Shown one piece after another: positions 37,898 through 45,489 of a DNA stretch of 64,000 nucleotides. Within the stretch, counting starts at the first letter, position 1. Each line of letters opens with the position of its first letter. Both the position numbers and the translations under genes were made by a program. Under the pieces are notes generated by a model. It was given only the letters and a program-made list of their open reading frames with translations, had not been told where the DNA came from and made no database searches. Origin of the DNA: Cenarchaeum sp. (GTDB lineage Archaea > Thermoproteota > Nitrososphaeria > Nitrososphaerales > Nitrosopumilaceae); the NCBI GenBank assembly GCA_965242695.1, contig CBDESU010000002.1, positions 1,280,001-1,344,000 of the forward strand, read 5' to 3'.

Positions 37898-40570
37898 TTG
37901 GCACAGCGGTACCCGTGCCCCGCGTGCGACTCTTCCCTAGACATACGCCCGATGTACAACAAGAAGATCCACGTGCGGTGCCCCGGCTGCGGCCGCGCAG
38001 ACGTGATCGACCCGTGCGGCAACCTGGACGGGGTCGTGCTGGAGTTTGCCTGCAGGTGCGACGACGGGCGCATCGCGGCGCCAGGCGAGGGCGCCGGCGC
38101 CGGCGCCGGAGCCGGCATGCTGCCCGAGCGCCTCGCCGACGAGCGCCTGCTGCGCAGCCCCGCCGAGATCGACGAGATGATCGGCGGCGGCGACATCGAC
38201 GCGCTGACCGACAAAATCCTGCGCACGCAGGACGCGTACGTGTCGCACTACGAGAGGATCGAGCGGCCGGGGCCTGCGCCCGGCCCCGCCGTCGGCTCGG
38301 TCGGGCTCGGCGAGGGCATCTCCTCGCACCTTGCCTCCTCGGGCATTGCCGCGTTCCACGCGTTCCAGGCCGACGCGATCGGGCGCATCCTGGAAGGAGA
38401 GAACGTCGTAATCGAGGCGCCGACCGCGTCTGGCAAGACCGAAGCGTTCGCGGTGCCCGTGGTCGAGTCGCTGCGCCGCGGCATCGGCCCCGAAGGCCCC
38501 GGAGGCCGCGGCGGCGCGCCGCGCGGCATCTCGGCGCTGTTCGTGTACCCTACAAAGGCCCTCGCGCGCGACCAGCTGCCAAAGGTCTCGGCGCTTGCAG
38601 AGTCGGCCGGACTGCGCGCGGCCGCCTTTGACGGCGACACGCCCGAGCCCGAGAGGGCCCGCATCCTGCGCCGCCCGCCGCACGTCCTTGCGACAAACTT
38701 TGACGTCCTGCACTACCATATGATGCGCCGCACGCGCCTGTCGGCGCTCTTCTCGTCTGTGCGCCACCTCGTCGTCGACGAGGCCCACGTATACTCGGGC
38801 GTGTTCGGGTCGGCCGTCCACCACGTGGTGCGCCGCCTGGACCGGATCGCCGGGCGGCGCGTGCAGGTGGTCGCCGCCTCTGCCACGCTCGGCAACGCGG
38901 CCGAGTTCTGCGGCAGGCTGTTCGGGCGCCCGTTCTCGAGCGCGCGCGGAGCCGGCGCGGCCTCGCAGATCGAGTTTGCGATGCTGTTCCCCACGATGGC
39001 CCCGCGCAGCGCCGTCGTGGCCGGACTGGCCCGGGACATGTCGGTAGCCCACCGGAAGAAGACGATGATCTTCAGCGGCTCGCACGCCGGCGCCGAGGTG
39101 GCCGCCATAAAGGCGGGCCGGCGCGGCGTCAAGATCGGCGTGCACCGCGCCGGCCTGTCCGACAGGCACCGGAGGTCAGTCGAGGACTCGTTCAGGCGCG
39201 GCGAGCTGCGCGCCGTGTCGTGCACGCCCACGCTCGAGCTCGGCATCGACATCGGCGACGTCGACGCCGTCGTCTCCTCGCCGGCCCCGTACAACCGGCT
39301 CGTGCAGCGGATGGGCAGGGCGGCGCGCCAGCGCGGCCGGCGCGGGTACGCGGTCCTTGCGCTAGGCAACGACCCGATATCGCAGTACTACAGCAACCAC
39401 CCCGCGGACTACTTTGAGGACTCGGAGGGGCTGTACGTCGACCCGTCAAACCCCGTGGTCGTCTCGCACCAGGCGCTCGCCATGGCCTGCGACAGGGCCG
39501 TCCTGCCCGAAGAGGCCGGCGCGGACGTGAGGGCGGCGCTCGACGAGCACGTGCGGCTCGGCAACGCGGTGGTGAGGGGAGGGCGGTACGCGGCGGTCCC
39601 CGAAAGGGCGTACGAGGCCCTCTCGTCGTACAACATACGCGGCATCGGCGAGTCGCTCGACATCGTGCTCGGCGGGCGCCGCGTAGGCGAGCGCGCCTTT
39701 CCAATGGCCCTCGACGAGCTCCACCCGGACGCGGTGTACCTCTTGGCCGGCGCGCGGTACCGCGTGAGGAGCAACGACCATCCGCGAGGCGGCCGCCACG
39801 CCGTCATAGAGCCGATCCGCGGCGGCCCTCCGTACTACACGAGGGCCGTTGCAACGGTGTGGCCGCGCGTAGAGGAGGTGCTCGATGAGCGCACCGTCTT
39901 CGGCGCCGAGGTCGCCATGTGCAGGCTGCGGCTGCGCCGCGTCGTGAGCGGGTACGTCGTAGTCGACCTGGCCGACGAGGCCGGCGCTCCCGCGTCGGCC
40001 GGCGAGTCCGTGCCGCTTGCCGAGCCGCTAGAGTACTCTTACGAGACGCGGGGGATCGTGCTGCGCGCGCCGCGGCCGCTCGAGCGCATTGCGGACATGG
40101 CCGCCTCGCCCGACGAGTACTCGGCCGCCCCGGGGGCAGCCGATGCGCCGGGGCCGGCCGAGTTTGCCGCCGCCGCCTCGTTCCACGCGGCCGAGCACGT
40201 CCTGATCGAGGCGGGCAGCATGGTGACGGGAGCCGCCCCGCGCGACCTCGGCGGCATATCGCTAGGCGATACGGGGATCATATTCGTCCACGACGGGGCC
40301 GTCGGCGGCACGGGCGCGAGCCGCGCACTGTACGGCAAGCTAGAGGCAGCGGCCGAGCGGGCCGCCGCCGTGCTGCGCGAGTGCCCGTGCAGGGGCCGCG
40401 ACGGGTGCCCGCGCTGCACGTACTCGTACATGTGCGGCAACAACAACGCGATGCTCGACAAGGCAGGCGCGCTGGAGGCGCTCTCGCGCCTCGTGTCGGG
40501 CGAGGCGACCATCCTTGGCGAGGATGTCAGGGCCGGCGCCGAGCCGGCCGATGCCGCGCCCGTGGTGTGA
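37898..40570 (+). CDS. DEAH-box helicase with C-terminal DUF1998 Zn domain (Hrq1/MrfA/SftH family)
   Basis: 'APTASGKT', 'YPTKALARDQ', 'VVDEAH', 'SAT', 'TLELGIDIG', 'QRMGRAAR', 'CPC..GCPRC..CGNNN'. Confidence 0.92.
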   Translation: MAQRYPCPACDSSLDIRPMYNKKIHVRCPGCGRADVIDPCGNLDGVVLEFACRCDDGRIAAPGEGAGAGAGAGMLPERLADERLLRSPAEIDEMIGGGDIDALTDKILRTQDAYVSHYERIERPGPAPGPAVGSVGLGEGISSHLASSGIAAFHAFQADAIGRILEGENVVIEAPTASGKTEAFAVPVVESLRRGIGPEGPGGRGGAPRGISALFVYPTKALARDQLPKVSALAESAGLRAAAFDGDTPEPERARILRRPPHVLATNFDVLHYHMMRRTRLSALFSSVRHLVVDEAHVYSGVFGSAVHHVVRRLDRIAGRRVQVVAASATLGNAAEFCGRLFGRPFSSARGAGAASQIEFAMLFPTMAPRSAVVAGLARDMSVAHRKKTMIFSGSHAGAEVAAIKAGRRGVKIGVHRAGLSDRHRRSVEDSFRRGELRAVSCTPTLELGIDIGDVDAVVSSPAPYNRLVQRMGRAARQRGRRGYAVLALGNDPISQYYSNHPADYFEDSEGLYVDPSNPVVVSHQALAMACDRAVLPEEAGADVRAALDEHVRLGNAVVRGGRYAAVPERAYEALSSYNIRGIGESLDIVLGGRRVGERAFPMALDELHPDAVYLLAGARYRVRSNDHPRGGRHAVIEPIRGGPPYYTRAVATVWPRVEEVLDERTVFGAEVAMCRLRLRRVVSGYVVVDLADEAGAPASAGESVPLAEPLEYSYETRGIVLRAPRPLERIADMAASPDEYSAAPGAADAPGPAEFAAAASFHAAEHVLIEAGSMVTGAAPRDLGGISLGDTGIIFVHDGAVGGTGASRALYGKLEAAAERAAAVLRECPCRGRDGCPRCTYSYMCGNNNAMLDKAGALEALSRLVSGEATILGEDVRAGAEPADAAPVV

Positions 40571-40613
40571 TCGGCGCGCGGCGGTTATTATATGGGCCGC
40601 GCGGGGGCCGCGC

Positions 40614-41477
40614 ATGGCGGGGAACGGGAGGCGGGTGTCCGTCGTCACGGGCAGCTCGTCGGGAATAGGACTGGCCGCCTCGCTGGCCCTTGCGCGCGCG
40701 GGGCACACCGTATACGCGACGATGCGCGACACGTCTCGGGGCGGCAGCCTCGGGGATGCCGCCTCGTCCGAGGGCCTCGACGTGCGCATATCGCAGATGG
40801 ACGTCGACGACGATGCGTCCGTGGATGCGGCGGTGCGGCGCGTGCGGGAAGAGGCGGGGCGCATCGACGTCCTTGTCAACAACGCCGGCTACGGGGCGGT
40901 CGGCGCCGTCGAGGACATTCCGATGGGAGACTTCAAGGCGCAGTTCGAGACGAACCTGTTCGGGGTCGTCCGCGTGATCAAGGCGGCCGCCCCCGCGATG
41001 CGGAGGACTGCCGCGGAGGGGGGAAGTGGCCCGGGCCCGACCATCGTGAACATAAGCTCGGTCGCCGGCCGCATCGGGTTCCCGGCGACCTCGGCGTACA
41101 TTAGCTCAAAGTTTGCGCTAGAGGGGCTCAGCGAGAGCCTGTCGTACGAGCTTGCGCCGTTTGGAGTGCGCGTCGTGATCGTAGAACCAGGCGTCATAAA
41201 GACGAACTTTTTCGACTCCATGCGCACGTGCGAGGCGCCGGCCGGCTCGCCGTACGCTGACATGACGGCCAAGATGGTCGCAAACGTGCGCATGATGGTC
41301 GAGCTCGGCACCGAGGCCGGCGAGGTCGCCGATGCGATCGTGAAGGCCGCCGAGTCGGACAAGCCCCTGCCGCGGTACGTCGTCGGCAACGACGCCGTCA
41401 TGTTCATAGAGGCGCGCAGGTCGAGGACGGACGCAGAGTTCGCCGAGTACATGTCCAAGGAGCTCTTCAGCAGATAA
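40614..41477 (+). CDS. Short-chain dehydrogenase/reductase
   Basis: 'VTGSSSGIG', 'LVNNAG', 'YISSK'. Confidence 0.92.
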   Translation: MAGNGRRVSVVTGSSSGIGLAASLALARAGHTVYATMRDTSRGGSLGDAASSEGLDVRISQMDVDDDASVDAAVRRVREEAGRIDVLVNNAGYGAVGAVEDIPMGDFKAQFETNLFGVVRVIKAAAPAMRRTAAEGGSGPGPTIVNISSVAGRIGFPATSAYISSKFALEGLSESLSYELAPFGVRVVIVEPGVIKTNFFDSMRTCEAPAGSPYADMTAKMVANVRMMVELGTEAGEVADAIVKAAESDKPLPRYVVGNDAVMFIEARRSRTDAEFAEYMSKELFSR

Positions 41478-41663
41478 GCGATCGGCGCCGCCTTCGGTGC
41501 GATCCCTGCCGGACGCCCTGCGGATGCCGCGATCCCGTTGCCTGCGCCCCCTTTGCCGCGCCCGGCGGCCCGCCTGCGCAGTCCTGCGCCGGCCCCTGCG
41601 GCCCTGCCACCCGTGTTAAATTATATACGCGCCGCCGGTCGGCCGGCCGCTCCGTGTAGGAAG

Positions 41664-43670
41664 ATGGCGAAGAATAGCGACGGCAAGAGGCGCGCGCGGC
41701 CCAAGTCTGGGGCCAGAAGGGCGCCGACAGCAAAAAAGGCGGTGTGGAAGACCCTCAGGCACAACGGCATCGTCTTTCCGCCCGAGCACGAGCCGAAGGG
41801 GTTCAAGGTGCGCATACGCGGGGCCGAGTTCGCCCCGAACCCGCTGCAGGAGGAGATGCTGTACCAGTGGGCCAAGAAGAAGGACACGCCGTACGTGCAG
41901 GACTCCAAGTTCCAGGAAAACTTTGTGGACGACTTTGCAAAGACGCTCGACAAGGATCTGCGCAACATAGTCTACAGCGACATCGACTTTTCAGAGGCGT
42001 ACGCACTGGCCGACAGGGAAAAGGACGCGCGCGAGCTCTTGACAAAGGAGGAGCGCAAGGAGATCGCCAAGAGGCGCAAGGATGCTAGGGAGGAGATGAA
42101 AGCAAAGTACGGGACGGCGATGATCGACGACAAGCCCGTTGACATAGGAAACTACATGGTAGAGCCGCCCGGCATATTCATGGGCAGGGAACAACACCCG
42201 TTGCGGGGCCGCTGGAAGCGCCGCATACGACCCGAAGATGTGATACTCAACCTGGATGAGGCCGCACCGCTTCCTACGATGGAAGACGGCAGCAAGTGGG
42301 GGGGCAAGGTAGTCAACAACAACACGGCTACGTGGCTTGCCATGTGGACGACCGAGATCGATACGGGGCGTATCGATCCAAAGACCGGAAAGGAGCGTAC
42401 CGTAAAAATAACAAAGTACATCTGGCTGGCCGACACGGCCGAGATAAAGCAGAGCAAGGACAGAGCAAAGTACGACAAGGCCATGAATCTGTCGTCCCAG
42501 ATAGACAGGATCAAGTCGCAGATAATACCTGATATGTCCAGGATGGAGAAGCGCAAGGACAGGGATGATCCGCCAACGAAGGGCGAGATCGCGACTACAT
42601 GCTACCTGATCTACCGCACGTCAATGAGGGTCGGTGATGAAAAGGACAAAGAAGAGGAGACAGACACGGTGGGTGCCACGACTCTGTGCAAGAAGCATGT
42701 CAAGATCACCACCGATGCGATAGAGTTGGACTTTTATGGCAAGGACTACGTGCGTTGGCAAGAGACGATACCCATGGACAACCCCGAGGATCGGCAGCTT
42801 GGAAAGAACCTGCGCCTTCTCATAGCCGACATAAAACCGGACGAGGAGATATTCGCAGGAATCACATCGACCCGGGTCAACAGATACTATTCCAGCATAG
42901 TGGATGGCCTGTCGGCAAAGGTGTTCAGGACGTACCTTGCCTCGAAGGTGGTCGCCGAGTACCTGCGCGGGCACGACGACATCGCCGGTGAGCCGGCGCA
43001 CGTAAAGCTGCACCACGCAAAGCTGGCCAACCTGGAGGCGGCGATAAAGTGCAACCACAAGAGGACTATACCGAAGACGTTCGAGCAGTCGCTGCAAAAG
43101 AAGCGGGACGCCCTGGCGGCGGCCAAGGCAAAGCCCGTCGACATAAAGGGCGAGAAGCTCAAAAAGCAGGAAAAGATCACAAGGATGAAGGGGCAGCTGG
43201 ACAAGGCGGCCAAGTCGTTCGACGAGTCGCGCAAGAAGCGCAAGGCGGCCATCGCAAAGGCCGAGTCGCGCAAGGACAAGGACAAGAAGCAGGCGGCCTC
43301 CAGGAAGAAGAGGATCGCCGAGCTCAAGGCGCGCGACAAAAAGGCCTCGGCCTCGTACAAGGCAACGCGGACCAAGAGGCTCGCAGCCCTCGCCAAGGCC
43401 AAGGATGCGCCGACAAAGGCCGAGCGCGAGGCGGTGCGCAAGGCAGAGCGGGTCGAGAAGATGGAGCTTCAGGTGAGCCTCACCACGAAGACAAAGGACT
43501 ACAACATCGGCACGTCGCTGCGCAACTACATCGACCCGCGCCTGTTCAAGGCGTGGACGGACGAGGTCGGCGCCGAGTGGTCAAAGCTGTACACGTCGGC
43601 GCTGCAGCGCAAGTTCCTGTGGGTGCGCGACGCCAAGTTCGACTGGAAGGAGGTCTCGTCGCAGTACTAG
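41664..43670 (+). CDS. top1B: DNA topoisomerase IB (eukaryote-like)
   Basis: 'WKTLRHNG', 'EPPGIFMGR..HPLRG', 'RVGDEK', 'DTVG', 'FYGKD', 'AKVFRTY', 'CNHKR', catalytic 'NYIDPR'. Confidence 0.95.
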   Translation: MAKNSDGKRRARPKSGARRAPTAKKAVWKTLRHNGIVFPPEHEPKGFKVRIRGAEFAPNPLQEEMLYQWAKKKDTPYVQDSKFQENFVDDFAKTLDKDLRNIVYSDIDFSEAYALADREKDARELLTKEERKEIAKRRKDAREEMKAKYGTAMIDDKPVDIGNYMVEPPGIFMGREQHPLRGRWKRRIRPEDVILNLDEAAPLPTMEDGSKWGGKVVNNNTATWLAMWTTEIDTGRIDPKTGKERTVKITKYIWLADTAEIKQSKDRAKYDKAMNLSSQIDRIKSQIIPDMSRMEKRKDRDDPPTKGEIATTCYLIYRTSMRVGDEKDKEEETDTVGATTLCKKHVKITTDAIELDFYGKDYVRWQETIPMDNPEDRQLGKNLRLLIADIKPDEEIFAGITSTRVNRYYSSIVDGLSAKVFRTYLASKVVAEYLRGHDDIAGEPAHVKLHHAKLANLEAAIKCNHKRTIPKTFEQSLQKKRDALAAAKAKPVDIKGEKLKKQEKITRMKGQLDKAAKSFDESRKKRKAAIAKAESRKDKDKKQAASRKKRIAELKARDKKASASYKATRTKRLAALAKAKDAPTKAEREAVRKAERVEKMELQVSLTTKTKDYNIGTSLRNYIDPRLFKAWTDEVGAEWSKLYTSALQRKFLWVRDAKFDWKEVSSQY

Positions 43671-43716
43671 CGGCTGCGGTGGCGGCGTCCCTGCCGCCGG
43701 ACGGTGTTGCTGTGTG

Positions 43717-43808
43717 TGCCGGGGGTGGGTTTCGAACCCACGACCTCCAGATTATGAGTATCGCCTTCTTGGAGAAGCTGGCACTCTGACCCGCTGAGCT
43801 ACCCCGGC
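43717..43808 (-). tRNA. tRNA-Met(CAT), probably elongator, with 18-nt intron at position 30/31 (43760-43777)
   Basis: GCCGGGG/CCCCGGC acceptor, CTCATAA loop, TTCGAAA T-loop; bulge-helix-bulge with helix TGCC/GGCG and bulges AGC and ATA. Confidence 0.92.
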
Positions 43809-43935
43809 ACGGGCAGGCGGGCGGCGCGTAACCAATTAAGTGTTGCACGGCAGGGCGTCGCCAAGGGGCCGTGTGCCCCCGCTCCCCCCCCCCTGCCACG
43901 GTAGGGTTAAATCGGCCCCGGCGGGAGTGCGGCGC

Positions 43936-45132
43936 ATGGGCGAGCTGGAAGAGTTTGCCGAGGCCCTGCTCGGCCAGCTGTCCGTCGAGCTCGACGAGGA
44001 AAAAGAGATCGCCTCGCTGTCGCGCCGCATAGCCGACGATGCCGGCTTTGATGCGCAGTTCGAGCCGCTCGCTGACCTGTCGGAGCGCCTGATGCCCGAC
44101 ATGCGGGCCCACCTCGAGGAGTTTACCGGCCTGCCGGTGCCAGACGGCGTCCGCCTCGAGCTGACCGACCTTGCCGGCTTCAAGCGGCTCAAGGGGCAGA
44201 AGGTGGCCGCCGGGGACGGCGCCGGCCGCCGGTTCGTCGACGACCTGTTCCGGGCCGTATCCGGCGAGGACAAGGGCGCAATAGCGGCCCTGATCGGCTC
44301 GGACATGCGCCGGTACCTCGTCTACTCTACGTACGCCATACAGTACATCTCAAAGCTGACGACCACGTACGGCGACTACTTTGCCTCGGCGGTGCACCTC
44401 AACGAGTTCGTCCTGTCGAGCTACCCGCAGATCATACTGTACAAGCAGGGGCCTCCGTACGCCGAGCGCTCGGGCCGCGTAGCCGCCGGCTACGCGGGGG
44501 CCGTCAAGATGACCCTTCTTGAGGAGCTTGCACACTCGCAGCAGGGGCCCCTGCACGAGGCCAACGAGGCCGCGGCGGGGCGCGTCAACGAGCTCAACGA
44601 GGAGCTCGCCGGGATAATACTCGGACTCGGCGACGGGCCCGCTTCGGCCCTGTACGACTACCTCCAGCTCCAGACAGTCCCGGACGACTTTCCGGTCGCC
44701 AAAAAGGCAAACCTGTTCTTCATGCTCAACCCCGACAACTTCATCGTCAACGTGCTCGGGCCCGACGTAATGACGTACACCAGGATAGAGGTCGACCCCA
44801 AGATATCCGAGGCCGTCCCCGAGCTGCTCGGCGTGTACCAGCGGTGGCTGCCGCACATACAGGCGCACCACGCCGCCTTTACGTCCATGGAGGGCATGGC
44901 CGAGTTTGCCGTAGAGTCCGTCTTGGCCGGCGACCCCGACTTTGAGGCGTACCTGTCGACGTTCATGGGCACCGACATGTCGGCGTACCGCGTCCGCAAG
45001 AGCATGGGCCGCGACTTTACGAGGGCCGTGCACGGCAGGCACGGCCGGGCCGCGTTCGAGAGGATTCTCGCCTGCCCGCCGACGACGCGCGAGCTGAAGG
45101 ATCCGCAGCTGTACCTAGACAGGGCCGGCTAG
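43936..45132 (+). CDS. Hypothetical protein, zincin-like (EExxH ... EGxAE)
   Basis: 'LLEELAHSQQ' and 'SMEGMAEF' resemble gluzincin motifs; ATG at 43936 follows a TATA-like GTTAAA. Confidence 0.7.
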   Translation: MGELEEFAEALLGQLSVELDEEKEIASLSRRIADDAGFDAQFEPLADLSERLMPDMRAHLEEFTGLPVPDGVRLELTDLAGFKRLKGQKVAAGDGAGRRFVDDLFRAVSGEDKGAIAALIGSDMRRYLVYSTYAIQYISKLTTTYGDYFASAVHLNEFVLSSYPQIILYKQGPPYAERSGRVAAGYAGAVKMTLLEELAHSQQGPLHEANEAAAGRVNELNEELAGIILGLGDGPASALYDYLQLQTVPDDFPVAKKANLFFMLNPDNFIVNVLGPDVMTYTRIEVDPKISEAVPELLGVYQRWLPHIQAHHAAFTSMEGMAEFAVESVLAGDPDFEAYLSTFMGTDMSAYRVRKSMGRDFTRAVHGRHGRAAFERILACPPTTRELKDPQLYLDRAG

Positions 45133-45158
45133 CGGCGGCCACCGGCCGCCGATGCGGC

Positions 45159-45329
45159 TCACTCTATGATCGACTCGATGTCCTTGCCGTCCTTGACCTG
45201 CTTGATCTCGTGGCGGGCTATCTTGTTGCGCAGAGCCCTCTTGAGGACGTCGATCTCGGCGCGCATCGTGGCGATCTCGTCCTCGATCTTGGCGACGCGC
45301 TCGTAGATCGTCTCGGCCTCTTCGCTCAT
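45159..45329 (-). CDS. Small coiled-coil protein (56 aa), absent from the ORF track
   Basis: Hand translation: MSEEAETIYERVAKIEDEIATMRAEIDVLKRALRNKIARHEIKQVKDGKDIESIIE; upstream TTTTAAG TATA-like element. Confidence 0.8.
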   Translation of the reverse strand: MSEEAETIYERVAKIEDEIATMRAEIDVLKRALRNKIARHEIKQVKDGKDIESIIE

Positions 45330-45489
45330 GGCTGCGCGCCTAGATTTTTGCTTAAAAATCTATGGCACCCCCCTCGCGGGCATTCGGCCGCCTCAGGCGT
45401 TGCCGCGCCACAAACACTATCTGTTTTTGGATACTGTTGGGATGCGAGTTTGGGGCGACCTGGCAGCCCTGCTACCATCTACATAGATC

